DNA of 64,000 nucleotides from an uncultured Rikenellaceae bacterium (GCA_964638545.1 CAZXAM010000009.1:2935-66934), one strand, 5' to 3'. Shown: positions 10,431 through 20,515, numbered from the stretch's first letter. Notes: a model not told the origin generated them from the sequence alone. Program-made: numbers and translations.

Positions 10431-11459
10431 ATGAATAGAAGAGGCTTCGCCAGCGACAATAATGCAGGAGTTCATCCGGAAATTCTGAAGAAACTCGCAG
10501 AAGTGAACCAGGGTCACGTGGTTGGTTATGGTTCAGATATTTACTCTGATCAGGCCAGACAGCTGTTTAAAGATCAGCTCGGTCCTGATGCCGAGGTGTT
10601 CTTCGTATTTACGGGTACTGCGGCCAATGTGCTGAGCATCAGTGCGGTCACCAGGTCGTGGAACTCACTTATAGCTGCAGAAACAGCGCATCTGGAGCAG
10701 GATGAATGTGGCGCTCCGGAAAAATTCACGGGCTGTAAGGTGCTCACTGTTGAAACCCCTGATGGCAAAATAACTCCGGATCTGATAGCCAGGCATATGC
10801 ATGGTTTCGACTTCGAACATCATGCCCAGCCAAAAGTGGTTTCAATAACCCAGTCAACTGAGATGGGAACGGTTTACAATGTGGATGAGATTAGAAAACT
10901 GGCCGACTATTCTCATTCTCTGGGATTATTTCTTCATATGGATGGCGCCAGGATAGCCAATGCAGCTGTTTCTCTTGGACTTCCATTCAGATCCTTCACA
11001 ACTGATGCCGGTGTTGATATTCTTTCTTTTGGAGGGACCAAGAACGGTATGATGATGGGGGAGGCGGTCTGTTTTCTGAAGCCTGGACTGTCGGCAGACT
11101 TTAAATATATCCGGAAGCAGGGCATGCAGCTGGCATCTAAAATGAGATACATTTCTGCTCAGTATATAGCTTATTTCAGGAACGATCTCTGGAAACAATG
11201 TGCATCTCATGCCAATTCTATGGCTTCTGTTCTGGCTGAGAAATTGAAAAGTGTGGAGGGTGTCAGAATAACCCAGAAGGTTGAGTCAAACGGAGTGTTT
11301 GTAATCATACCTGAAATTGTTGCCGCGAAGGTAATGAAGCATTACTTCTTTTATCCATGGAATGAGCAAACCTCTGAATACCGGCTCATGACAAGCTGGG
11401 ACACGACTGTGGAGGATATTGAGGAATTTGTGAAGCTATTAAAGAAGGAATTGAATTAG
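10431..11459 (+). CDS. ltaE: low-specificity L-threonine aldolase (beta-eliminating lyase family)
   Basis: FASDNNAGVHPEIL N-terminus, GTAANV, and the PLP lysine context SFGGTKNG. Confidence 0.8.
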   Translation: MNRRGFASDNNAGVHPEILKKLAEVNQGHVVGYGSDIYSDQARQLFKDQLGPDAEVFFVFTGTAANVLSISAVTRSWNSLIAAETAHLEQDECGAPEKFTGCKVLTVETPDGKITPDLIARHMHGFDFEHHAQPKVVSITQSTEMGTVYNVDEIRKLADYSHSLGLFLHMDGARIANAAVSLGLPFRSFTTDAGVDILSFGGTKNGMMMGEAVCFLKPGLSADFKYIRKQGMQLASKMRYISAQYIAYFRNDLWKQCASHANSMASVLAEKLKSVEGVRITQKVESNGVFVIIPEIVAAKVMKHYFFYPWNEQTSEYRLMTSWDTTVEDIEEFVKLLKKELN

Positions 11460-11460
11460 A

Positions 11461-11563
11461 GGGATTGCTTCGTCGTCACGCCAGGGCGTGACTCCTCGCA
11501 ATGACTGGATACTACATAAGGATTGAGGTCATTGCGAGGAGCGCAGCGACGAAGCAATCCCCC
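11461..11563. repeat. composite palindromic repeat: two inverted copies of the GTCATTGCGAGGA...GACGAAGCAATCCCC element
   Basis: 11461-11505 is the reverse complement of the element family also seen at 11528-11563 and 25989-26033. Confidence 0.8.
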
Positions 11564-11573
11564 TAACAAAACG

Positions 11574-11604
11574 AAAAAGTCCCGATGAATAATCGGGACT
11601 TTTC
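11574..11604. terminator. bidirectional intrinsic terminator between convergent ltaE and tonB
   Basis: AAAA-AGTCCCGAT-gaata-ATCGGGACT-TTTT: a 9-bp stem with an A-run and a T-run on either side. Confidence 0.75.
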
Positions 11605-11627
11605 CATATAATCAATAAAATTGATCC

Positions 11628-12404
11628 TTACTTAAGCGTGTAGTTAATTGGTACCATATACCATACTGGAACCGGTTTCCCGCCCTGTTTGCCAGGTTTA
11701 AACGCAGGAAGTGTGGAAACAACTCTCATTGCTTCCTTGTCAAGCTCAGGATCCACACCTTTTAAAATGCTGATCTGACTGACTGTTCCTTTTGCTGTAA
11801 CACAGAATCTTACGATTACTTTTCCCTGGATATTGTTTTCCTTGGCAACTTCCGGGTAGTTGGTATGCTCGAAGATATACTTCAGAAGTTCAACGTCCCC
11901 GCCCGGGAACATCGGCATTTCCTCAACAACCACGAATGGTTCGGGTTCGGCCTCTTCTTCCTGGACCTCTTCCTTAACCTCTTCAACAGCTTCAATATAC
12001 TCTTCATTGACAACCTCAACCGCTGCCTGATCAGCTGTCATCAGCTGAACGTTGTCTTCAGGTTTGACAGAGTCAACGACAACCGGCGGAACATATCTGT
12101 TCTGCTGCTGAGCTTCAGCAGGAGGCGGAGGGGGAGGCGGAGGTGCAACCTGTTCTGTCGGTTGATCCAGATTCTCCATAATCATCTCTACTTGTCTTTC
12201 CTCTCGAGCCTTCTTGCTCTCCATCGCTTTCGCATACAGATGCGGTGTAATAACAGCGGTACCCAAAATAATAAGACCCACAAGCATACCAATAATTACG
12301 TTGCGGTTGTATTTCTTCCGCAGCTTGTATGCTCCGTACTCCTTATTCCTTAATTCGAACACAATGTCGTTAAAGGATGGAGCTTTTTCTTTTTCATGTG
12401 CCAT
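11628..12404 (-). CDS. tonB: energy transducer TonB
   Basis: N-terminal TM anchor, PPPPPPPPAE proline-rich spacer, and a C-terminal TonB domain (FPGG...YP..A.ENNIQGKVIVRF...). Confidence 0.85.
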   Translation of the reverse strand: MAHEKEKAPSFNDIVFELRNKEYGAYKLRKKYNRNVIIGMLVGLIILGTAVITPHLYAKAMESKKAREERQVEMIMENLDQPTEQVAPPPPPPPPAEAQQQNRYVPPVVVDSVKPEDNVQLMTADQAAVEVVNEEYIEAVEEVKEEVQEEEAEPEPFVVVEEMPMFPGGDVELLKYIFEHTNYPEVAKENNIQGKVIVRFCVTAKGTVSQISILKGVDPELDKEAMRVVSTLPAFKPGKQGGKPVPVWYMVPINYTLK

Positions 12405-12424
12405 TTTCGATTTGGGTTTACATT

Positions 12425-13099
12425 TTAATTGGTTGATGCAAGTGTGGCTTTACCTGTTGCCAGTTCCACCATCTTTTCTTCATACCATGCTATGTCAACA
12501 AACATGTACCGGCCTATTCCGGTGATATTCATCTCATCCAGAATATCCACGAAGTTGCCGTAAGTAGATTCCTTGTATGCCTTAATCTGCACAAAAGGAC
12601 CTGTATCGTCATCGGCTTTAAGTTTCTTGATGGATCCTAAAACAGAATCCTGCGACAATACGAGCTCACCTTTAAGTACTTTGTCCTGGAACTCAGCGAT
12701 TTTCTTCGCCAGAGTTTTGTTCTTGTCGAGAAGCAGCTGGCGTACTCCGGTAGGATTAGCGCTGTAATCCAGTTCCTGAAGCGGAGGGAATACGTTGTTG
12801 TTGTAATCGGCAGGTTCCACTGATCCCGGATACCAGAATATTCTGTTATCGGGTCCGAGAATGATATTAACATTTCGGCTCTTTGCGACCGTAGGTGAAT
12901 TCTGTGGTTCCTGATTGTCGATCTTCTCAGGAAGAACTATTTCCATGACCTTGGCTTTAGCGAAGGCAGTCGTAAGCATAAAGAATGTGATCAGCAGACA
13001 CATAAGGTCAACCATCGGTGTCATATCGATATGCGGTGGGTGCTTCTTCGCTTTCTTTTTTCCGCCTTTTCCTTTTTCCTCTTGAATTATTTCTGCCAT
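12425..13099 (-). CDS. exbD: ExbD/TolR family biopolymer transport protein
   Basis: IDMTPMVDLMCLLITFFM signature. Confidence 0.85.
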   Translation of the reverse strand: MAEIIQEEKGKGGKKKAKKHPPHIDMTPMVDLMCLLITFFMLTTAFAKAKVMEIVLPEKIDNQEPQNSPTVAKSRNVNIILGPDNRIFWYPGSVEPADYNNNVFPPLQELDYSANPTGVRQLLLDKNKTLAKKIAEFQDKVLKGELVLSQDSVLGSIKKLKADDDTGPFVQIKAYKESTYGNFVDILDEMNITGIGRYMFVDIAWYEEKMVELATGKATLASTN

Positions 13100-13103
13100 A
13101 TCA

Positions 13104-13739
13104 CTATTGTATTTCTTCTAGGTTAATCTTTGCAGCTTCGAGGCTTGTTACCAGATTAAACCTGTTGATTTTCTTGTCCTGCAGATTGTCGAGAACTTTC
13201 TTCACTGCCGGAAACGGAGTTTCTGAATCGCCTTTGATGCTTGCAGTGATTGCAGGATTTACCTGGCGAGCACAGAGTATCCACATACCCAGCTGGTTAT
13301 CGGTAGAATCAGCCGGTATTCCGAGCTGGAAAGGATCCCTCTCTTTCATGTTCTTTCCTGCAAGGAACTCCTTCATTTTCAGAATAGGAACTCCCATCGA
13401 CGATGGAAACTTCTCGAATTCCCTTAATTCCTTTTCGGTGAATTCGATAGAATATCTCTTCCCCATCTCTTCAAGGATCTTGCGTCTGAATTTGTAAAGA
13501 GTGTCAGGTCCGTTATCCACATTCATGAAAACTTTTCCGTCCGGAGCAACAAGGAATGTCATGTTGTTGAAGTCAGGAGTAGGTTTTTCTGATATTGAGA
13601 AAGGCGTAACGACATCGGCCGGCTCGGTTTGTCTCATTGTAGCGGTCAGCATGAGGAATGTCAGGATAACCGCAAATGTGTCAACCATCGGCGTCATGTC
13701 GATTCTTGGCGATTTTGTTGGTAATTTAATCTTTGGCAT
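13104..13739 (-). CDS. exbD: ExbD/TolR family biopolymer transport protein
   Basis: IDMTPMVDTFAVILTFLM signature; 4-nt gap to the next exbD. Confidence 0.85.
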   Translation of the reverse strand: MPKIKLPTKSPRIDMTPMVDTFAVILTFLMLTATMRQTEPADVVTPFSISEKPTPDFNNMTFLVAPDGKVFMNVDNGPDTLYKFRRKILEEMGKRYSIEFTEKELREFEKFPSSMGVPILKMKEFLAGKNMKERDPFQLGIPADSTDNQLGMWILCARQVNPAITASIKGDSETPFPAVKKVLDNLQDKKINRFNLVTSLEAAKINLEEIQ

Positions 13740-13783
13740 TAGTTTTTCCTATTATAAGTTTAGACCAAAAGATAAATTCACGG

Positions 13784-14602
13784 TTATTTTGTCTTCAGTG
13801 AACCAGCGAAACTCTGTGTCAGGCTGAACCCTGCTTCGTCAATTTTGAAGGTGTATGAGTCAATAGATGTTGAGAAAAAGTTGAAGGCAATGATCGCAAG
13901 AGTAGATCCCGTGATACCAAATGCAGTATTGACAAGTGCTTCAGAAATACCTTCAGCAAGAGCAAGAGCATCGGGAGCGCCTGACTGTGCAAGAGCGCCG
14001 AATGCACGGATCATACCAAGTACAGTACCGATAAGACCGATAAGCACTGATATCGAAGCAAGTGTCGAGAACATAACCATATTCTTTGAAAGCATAGGCA
14101 GCTCAAGAGCTGTGGCTTCTTCAAATGATTTCTGGATAGAAAGGATCTTCTGGTCTTTTTCAAGTTCCTTGTCATTCTGAAGGTCGCGGTAACGCACCAG
14201 ACCGGCTTTCATAACGTTTGCAAGTGAACCTCTCTGCCTGTCGCATGCCTCAATAGCTTCCTCAATTTTATCTTCGTTGAGAAGGCCCTGCAGCTTGTGA
14301 ACGAAAGAATTGATCCTGCCTTTTCCTTTTGCCCTTGAAAGAGTGATGGCCCTTTCAATAATAAAGACGATCAGTACGAGAACACAGGTCATAAGAATGG
14401 GAACGATCATACCACCTTTGTAAATAATACCCAGGTAGTCTCCTGGAAGGGCAGCCATTTCCGGATTACCGCCTTCGAAGTGAACTGGATTACCCATGAT
14501 GTTTTTAAACAATACATAGGAAACCACCAATGCTATCAGTATAACACTAACTGAAAAAATGTTTGACAGCGCATCTTTGAACGAACTTCCTTGTTTACTC
14601 AT
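13784..14602 (-). CDS. exbB: MotA/TolQ/ExbB proton channel protein
   Basis: Three TM segments and the conserved C-terminal GLIGTVLGMIRAF...ALVNTAFG region. Confidence 0.85.
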   Translation of the reverse strand: MSKQGSSFKDALSNIFSVSVILIALVVSYVLFKNIMGNPVHFEGGNPEMAALPGDYLGIIYKGGMIVPILMTCVLVLIVFIIERAITLSRAKGKGRINSFVHKLQGLLNEDKIEEAIEACDRQRGSLANVMKAGLVRYRDLQNDKELEKDQKILSIQKSFEEATALELPMLSKNMVMFSTLASISVLIGLIGTVLGMIRAFGALAQSGAPDALALAEGISEALVNTAFGITGSTLAIIAFNFFSTSIDSYTFKIDEAGFSLTQSFAGSLKTK

Positions 14603-14640
14603 TTTTATCGATTTGTTTAGGTTTAAGATTTTACAATTCG

Positions 14641-14648
14641 CAAATATA
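14641..14648 (-). promoter_or_regulatory. candidate Bacteroidota -7 box (TATATTTG on reverse strand) for exbB-exbD-exbD-tonB
   Basis: Plus-strand CAAATATA is the reverse complement of the TAnnTTTG consensus, about 40 nt upstream of the exbB start. Confidence 0.4.
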
Positions 14649-14780
14649 TATCTTCAATTTTTCTTTTCCAACATTCCTCGCTGAATGTTTTCATTTTATC
14701 CGGTTGGAATAAGTCCAGTTATATATGACCCTGAAACATCAGTTTACCCTATCGGGAAATCCATTTATTTCAGTTTTTTT

Positions 14781-17024
14781 TCAGAGTTTCTGAAGCACAA
14801 CGTTGTAAATTCTCGACTTGGTAACGGGTATCTCTGCGGTGGCATAACCTTTGGCGCTGATAACCAGTGTTTCAGACGATACGGAGATTTCGAACTTATA
14901 TTCGCCTTTAGCATTCGTGAAAGTCTCTGCCGCAGTATCCTTAATTTTCACTGAGGCAAAAGCTATCGGCTGTCCCGAAGCATTCTTGACCGTTCCCTTG
15001 ATTTCGTTCGGATTTATCCCCTTTTTTACATTCACTATATATTCCTGAACCCATGAGAGATTTCTTTTGGTTAATGCATTGTTCGGATCGAGGGCAAGGC
15101 TCTTTTCGTACGCATCAACTGCCCTTCCCAGGATTGCAAGCTTACCCTCAAGAGTCTTTTCTTCAGATCCCAGCTTTGATTCAAGCTGTCCAAGGCCATT
15201 GTAGCCTTTTATTTTATTATCCTTGTTTTTGGGGTCAAGATTTATCATCCTGTTGTAATATGATCTTGCAGCTGCGTAATTGCCTTTTTCAGAATGATAA
15301 TACCCGAGATAGATAAATGCTTCCATCATCTCGCTGCTGTTTGCAACAGAGTCTTTCGATGCCACTTCAATAACATTTTCGAACTTGGGTTTTGCCAGGC
15401 CCGACTTGAAATCGGGATCCATCTTTGAATATGTGCGTGCATCCCAGATATATGCGTCAAGATAACCGGGATTTTTCTTTATTACCAGGCTGAAAATTGA
15501 ATCAGCTGCTTTCAGGTTATTGCCGTTATTGTAAGCCCTTCCTATTCTCATGTAAGCATTAAAGTCATCCTTTTTTGGATCTAGAAGTTTAGACCAGGTC
15601 TTTGCGGCATCGTCATACTTCTTATGAGTATAATAGTTTTGTGCAAGTTCATTCTTCAGGGTTGCGTCCTGAGGTTTCAGTGAAATGATTTTATCGTATT
15701 CCTGGAATCCTCTTTCGATTTCTTTCCTGGCCACGTCAACGTCGGCCTTCATTTTCTCATATTTTGCCGTGAGCTCGTCGATTGCCGGTTTCAGTTTTGT
15801 CTTCTCAGCTGCCGGTGCCGAATTATATCTCGTTTTGCTTCTTTCAAGCTGCTGGCCAAGGTTTTCAAGAGCATCGATCATTTTCGGAAGATCCTGATTC
15901 TTTTTTGTAAGGATCCTTGCCACATAGTGGTGATCCTTGGGAAGAATTCTGTCTTCAGGAACCTTCTTGAAGAGTTGATCCATATAATAAAGTGCTTTGT
16001 CGTAATCTGCAGGTTTCTTTTCATAATAGGAGTATCCTGCCAGTCGGTTCATATAGGCTCTTGAATCATCGACCTGCAGAATTTCCTCCACATTTTTGAT
16101 GACTTCATCGTAGTCGCCGGCATAGAATAAGGAGTTTACATACCTGGTTTTTGCAGGAATATTGCCCTCGGTCAGTTCAAGGTACTTTTTGAAATTGGTT
16201 TTTGATTGTTCCAGTCTCTGTGCCATCCAGTAAAGCTGTCCAAGTTCCCTGTATGCAGGAGCGTAATTTGCATCAAGGGCGATTGCTTCCTCAAAATATG
16301 GGATGGCTGCCTGAAGGCTTTTACCCCTGACATATATATTGCCAATTTTCATGTTAGCTGTCGGAGATTTTGGATCTGCCATCTGCGCAAGGCTGTAGTT
16401 TCGTATTGCAGCTGAGCCGTCAGGCACCAGGATCCAGATGTCGCCTGCAATAAGATATATTTCCGGGTTTTTTGGATCAATTTTTATTGCCTGCCTGATC
16501 AGAGGAAGAGCCGAGGCAGTGTCAACCTTGCCTTCCTTGATGTATGACTCGGCTATCTTTGCAAGTGCAAAAGCATAATCCTTTGCAGGCGGCACTATCT
16601 TCTTAAGGTTTTTGTAGGGCAGGAGAAAGCTCTTGGCTTTGGCTCTCATCTGGTTGGCGGTTGCATCGTCGCCGACATAATAGGCAACCTTTGCAAGTCC
16701 TACATAATTGAGAGGGTCATTGGCATTTGCATTCACTCCCTTCTGAAAAGCTTCCCTGGCGTTTTTTGTTGCGATGGAAAACGAGTTTGAAATTGTATCG
16801 GAGTAGTAATCCAGAAGTATATTCTCACCAAGGAAGAAATAATATTTGCTGTTTGAGGGTTCCTTCTGAATAAGCTGGTTAAGCATAGCTTCAGCTTTGT
16901 CATACTGCTCACTCTTGGTAAGCAGAAGGGCAGATGTAAGGTCCTGCGCGAAAAGATTTCCGGTCAGAAGTCCTGCCGCCACCGCAGCCAGAACAATCCC
17001 CTTTTTGAATAATATACGTTTCAT
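14781..17024 (-). CDS. TPR repeat protein with C-terminal carboxypeptidase-regulatory-like domain
   Basis: Signal peptide, many TPR units, and a C-terminal GTVKNASGQPIAFASVKIKDTAAETFTNAKGEYKFEI (CarboxypepD_reg-like). Confidence 0.8.
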   Translation of the reverse strand: MKRILFKKGIVLAAVAAGLLTGNLFAQDLTSALLLTKSEQYDKAEAMLNQLIQKEPSNSKYYFFLGENILLDYYSDTISNSFSIATKNAREAFQKGVNANANDPLNYVGLAKVAYYVGDDATANQMRAKAKSFLLPYKNLKKIVPPAKDYAFALAKIAESYIKEGKVDTASALPLIRQAIKIDPKNPEIYLIAGDIWILVPDGSAAIRNYSLAQMADPKSPTANMKIGNIYVRGKSLQAAIPYFEEAIALDANYAPAYRELGQLYWMAQRLEQSKTNFKKYLELTEGNIPAKTRYVNSLFYAGDYDEVIKNVEEILQVDDSRAYMNRLAGYSYYEKKPADYDKALYYMDQLFKKVPEDRILPKDHHYVARILTKKNQDLPKMIDALENLGQQLERSKTRYNSAPAAEKTKLKPAIDELTAKYEKMKADVDVARKEIERGFQEYDKIISLKPQDATLKNELAQNYYTHKKYDDAAKTWSKLLDPKKDDFNAYMRIGRAYNNGNNLKAADSIFSLVIKKNPGYLDAYIWDARTYSKMDPDFKSGLAKPKFENVIEVASKDSVANSSEMMEAFIYLGYYHSEKGNYAAARSYYNRMINLDPKNKDNKIKGYNGLGQLESKLGSEEKTLEGKLAILGRAVDAYEKSLALDPNNALTKRNLSWVQEYIVNVKKGINPNEIKGTVKNASGQPIAFASVKIKDTAAETFTNAKGEYKFEISVSSETLVISAKGYATAEIPVTKSRIYNVVLQKL

Positions 17025-17133
17025 GGTCTAACTTTTATTTTGTTTTCAATATTACTAAATTTTACTGTTCCTTATACACTTATTAAGTTATCTTTTCCTT
17101 TTTTGCCCACTCCCTGTAAGGGATTTTCTTTGG

Positions 17134-17268
<135 letters not shown>

Positions 17269-17272
17269 TTTC

Positions 17273-18307
17273 TTATTCCTTCTTCATCTGCACCAGCCTT
17301 ATCGGCATCGTCGCCGGAACCAGTCCCGATTTAAGAACTATCGTCTGTCCCTGCTGCGCCGTTGCCCACTGAATGAAGCCTGATCCCAATCCCTTGAATG
17401 ACTCCCGTGAGATCAGATATACTTCTCTGGTGAAGGGATAATCCTTCGTGTAGATGAATCCCTGATCAGGCCGGTAATATGATCCGTCATCGGATAACGG
17501 CTGGGAAACTCCGACCCTGTTTATTTTTGAGAGAAGCTCCCTGCTTTTCATGTCGTCCTTGTCGCTGATCCAGTTTACGCTTATGATACCAATGGCTTCA
17601 GGGTTTCTTGAAACGAAGTCAACAACTTCGGTGTTGCTGTTCAATGCATAGAAGTTATAAGGGAGACCTGTTTTTATCTCAAACAACTCCTTGAAATATC
17701 TTATGTTGCCCGACTTTGTATTATCGAATACCACCTTGATTTCTCCAAGCTTTGATTTCGGATTTATTTCCTTCCATTCAGAAATCTGTCCGAGGAATAT
17801 ATCCTTTATTGTCTTGTACCTCAGAATAGTGTCCCTGTTCTCATTATTTGTTATTAGAGCAAGGGCGTCATATGCAAAGGTTATCGTCCGGGCAATTATC
17901 AGCGTGTCCCTGAGATACTGAATCTGATCTTCCGTCAGTTTTCTGCTCGATACTATCACCTTCGCTGAATCGTTCATAAAATCATTTATTACATCGAATT
18001 CAGGCTTATAGGTGGCTTTTATCTTTGCACCGGTATAGAGCTGCGTGAAAATTGATATCTCAGCATCCACGACAGGCTTGAAAGATTCATCAGCAATGAT
18101 CCTGATGTTACCCCTTGTTGGTGTTTCATCAAGCTCCTTCGGACCTCCTTTGCAGGAGACAAAAAAAGCTAATGATGCAATTGCAAATAATTGCAATCCG
18201 GATCTTAACCGGGTTTTATATTTCCTGGTCAACCTGTCTGTAAAATCAGATTCAATACTTTGATCTGCAAGTATAATCAATTTTGCGGTATTTATAACTA
18301 TATTCAT
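17273..18307 (-). CDS. PstS-family (type 2 periplasmic binding fold) substrate-binding protein, orphan
   Basis: PBP-like sequence (IRIIADESFKPVV..., GIISVNWI). No pstCAB genes are nearby; it is the first gene of the TonB/ExbBD string. Confidence 0.65.
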   Translation of the reverse strand: MNIVINTAKLIILADQSIESDFTDRLTRKYKTRLRSGLQLFAIASLAFFVSCKGGPKELDETPTRGNIRIIADESFKPVVDAEISIFTQLYTGAKIKATYKPEFDVINDFMNDSAKVIVSSRKLTEDQIQYLRDTLIIARTITFAYDALALITNNENRDTILRYKTIKDIFLGQISEWKEINPKSKLGEIKVVFDNTKSGNIRYFKELFEIKTGLPYNFYALNSNTEVVDFVSRNPEAIGIISVNWISDKDDMKSRELLSKINRVGVSQPLSDDGSYYRPDQGFIYTKDYPFTREVYLISRESFKGLGSGFIQWATAQQGQTIVLKSGLVPATMPIRLVQMKKE

Positions 18308-18411
18308 AGTTAAAATTTTAATTTGTTGGTTTCTTCTGGTTATAATACTGCAAAGTGTATGCCAAGCCGGTGAATTCAGGGAAATGGTTTATAAACCTCC
18401 GGGCAGATAAA

Positions 18412-18672
18412 TCATTCCTCCTCACTATTCTTTGTAAAAAATGCTTCACGTATCTGCTTATAGGAAACGAAGATCCTGTAAATTCCGAAGAACAGGAAGG
18501 ATGATCCCATTATTACCCGTATGGCTTTATCGATCACAAACATCCGGTCAGCGTAGAAAAGCATGAACACACCGATGCCGATATAAAATACTACCATGAA
18601 AATTCCGAACATCGCGTGAAATTGCTGCATTATTCTGTTGCCGTTCATAATATGACGATGGTTTACCGACAA
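18412..18672 (-). CDS. small membrane protein (2 TM), unknown function
   Basis: 86-aa ORF with two clear hydrophobic helices. The start is uncertain because there are several in-frame Met codons. Confidence 0.45.
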   Translation of the reverse strand: MSVNHRHIMNGNRIMQQFHAMFGIFMVVFYIGIGVFMLFYADRMFVIDKAIRVIMGSSFLFFGIYRIFVSYKQIREAFFTKNSEEE

Positions 18673-18748
18673 ATAAAAGAAAAATCAATCTTATTTCAAA
18701 AATTAAATTCATACATATTGACGAGCGCCTGAAATACATGAATGAATG

Positions 18749-19963
18749 TCAATCAATCAGCAGTGAAGCATCCCCGAAACTCAGGAACCTGTAGCCATTG
18801 TCCAGAGCATAATTATATATGTCTTTCCACTTTTCGCCAATGTATGCCGAAACAAGCAGCAGAAGCGTGCTGCCAGGCTGATGGAAGTTGGTGATCATCC
18901 CGTTGATGACTCTGAACCTGTATCCGGGCACTATCATAAGAGAAGTAGAACCATGAAGGCAGTCGATGCTTTTCTTTTCCATCATGTCAAGCAATGTGCT
19001 CATCGAATCCCTGAAAGAGATGTTATCCTCACCCATGTATGGATCCCATTGTCCGACATGCAGTCCTGTATCCCTGGCTTCTTTTTGTGCCAGTCTTGCA
19101 CCAAGCCAGTAAAGGCTCTCAATCGTTCTTACACTCGTCGTTCCTACTGCTATTGTTTTTCCCTGAAAAAGCAGCAGATCCTGTATCAGTTTCACCGTGA
19201 TGAAAAAATGCTCGCAGTGCATTTCATGCTTTGATATGTCAGCAGCCTTTACCGGCTTGAATGTTCCTGCTCCGATATGCAGAGTGAGTTCAGCGCTTTT
19301 AATCCCCCTTTTATTTACTGCAGAAATGATATTCTTAGTGAAATGCAAGCCTGCAGTAGGAGAGGCAACTGAACCTTTGATGCTGGAATAAACTGTCTGG
19401 TAGCGGATATTATCCTCGGATGTATCCGGTCGGTTTACATAGGGTGGGAGAGGAATGTGACCGGCTGTTTCAGTGATATCGCTGAAAGTCATTTTGTCTT
19501 CATTCCAGGTGAACCTTATTATCCATGCCTCCCCTGTGACCCTTACTTTCTCCGCTTTCAATTCCTTTTCTGTGCCATTTAGATGCAGCCTTAAAGAGAT
19601 TTCGTTATCCTTCCATTTTTTAAGATTGCCGATAATGCACTTCCATTCCACTGGTCCTGTGGAGCTGAATGATCTTTCATAATCGGCCGGACTGATCGGC
19701 TCCAGGCAGAAAATCTCAATCAGGGCACCGGAAGCTTTCCTGAACAGGAACCTTGCCCTGATGACTCTTGTGTTGTTGAAAACGAGCAGTGAATTTCCGG
19801 GCAGATAACTGGCAATATTGCTGAAAACATCTTGTGAGATAGTACCTTTATTATATAGCAGCAGCTTTGAACTGCCCCTCTCAGGCAGAGGATACTGAGC
19901 TATCCTTTCATCGGGAAGGTCATATTTATATTCCTCTATATCTATCTTTGGAATGTCAGGCAT
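18749..19963 (-). CDS. queA: S-adenosylmethionine:tRNA ribosyltransferase-isomerase
   Basis: YDLPDERIAQYPLPERGSSKLL, NNTRVIRARF, LPPYV and TNFHQPGSTLLLLVSA motifs. Confidence 0.9.
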   Translation of the reverse strand: MPDIPKIDIEEYKYDLPDERIAQYPLPERGSSKLLLYNKGTISQDVFSNIASYLPGNSLLVFNNTRVIRARFLFRKASGALIEIFCLEPISPADYERSFSSTGPVEWKCIIGNLKKWKDNEISLRLHLNGTEKELKAEKVRVTGEAWIIRFTWNEDKMTFSDITETAGHIPLPPYVNRPDTSEDNIRYQTVYSSIKGSVASPTAGLHFTKNIISAVNKRGIKSAELTLHIGAGTFKPVKAADISKHEMHCEHFFITVKLIQDLLLFQGKTIAVGTTSVRTIESLYWLGARLAQKEARDTGLHVGQWDPYMGEDNISFRDSMSTLLDMMEKKSIDCLHGSTSLMIVPGYRFRVINGMITNFHQPGSTLLLLVSAYIGEKWKDIYNYALDNGYRFLSFGDASLLID

Positions 19964-20002
19964 TCGTTTTTCTGTTGTTCAATCTTTAAATCGTAGAAAC
20001 TT

Positions 20003-20050
20003 CAAATTTTCAAATTTTCAAATTATCAAATTATCAAATTTTCAAATTTT
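20003..20050. repeat. 8-bp tandem array, 6 units (CAAATTTT x2, CAAATTAT x2, CAAATTTT x2)
   Basis: Counted directly; lies in the divergent region between the queA start (19963) and the rnpB promoter. Confidence 0.95.
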
Positions 20051-20098
20051 TGAGATCGTGCAAAAATAGTCAAGTTTTCCCATTAAGTGATTTTTCCT

Positions 20099-20106
20099 TA
20101 ACTTTG
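20099..20106 (+). promoter_or_regulatory. candidate -7 box TAACTTTG for rnpB
   Basis: Matches TAnnTTTG and lies 7 nt upstream of the inferred RNase P RNA 5' end. Confidence 0.55.
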
Positions 20107-20112
20107 CACCTG

Positions 20113-20449
20113 CAGCAGGTTGTTCCATCGCTCCGCCCTTTGGCGGAGAGGAAAGTCCGGGCAATAAAGAGCACCATCCTTCCTAACTGGAAGATATCCG
20201 CGAGGGTATGGAAGTGTAACAGAAAATAACAGTCCGCCAGCTGGTGGACAACGATGAAAAGGCGAGGTAAGAGCTCACCGGTTCCTGCGGCGACGCAGGA
20301 AGCCGTACACCCGATGGATTGAAAGACCATGTATACCGGCGCAGAGGGCTGCTCGCCCGATGCCGGGGGGTAGGTCGTATGATCGTGTCAGCAATGGCAC
20401 GGCCAGATAAATGATGGAACCCGACAAAACCCGGCTTACAGACCGGCTG
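20113..20449 (+). ncRNA. rnpB: RNase P RNA, bacterial type A
   Basis: Universal P4 strands GAGGAAAGTCCGGGC (20148-) and ACAAAACCCGGCTTACAG (20424-), plus GGTAAGAGCTCACC. The 5' CAGCAGGTTG can pair with the 3' CAGACCGGCTG to form P1. Ends are approximate, within about 5 nt. Confidence 0.9.
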
Positions 20450-20458
20450 AAAATAACG

Positions 20459-20490
20459 CAGGGACGCATATCGCGTCCCTGTTGTTATTT
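20459..20490 (+). terminator. intrinsic terminator of rnpB
   Basis: CAGGGACGC-atatc-GCGTCCCTG followed by TTGTTATTT. Confidence 0.75.
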
Positions 20491-20515
20491 AATACCCTGA
20501 ATTGATGGATTTTTT

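Noticed and set aside
20070-20469. ORFs 20070..20330 and 20275..20469 (-)
   Set aside because: They lie entirely within and antisense to the RNase P RNA gene, whose conserved P4 sequences explain the region.
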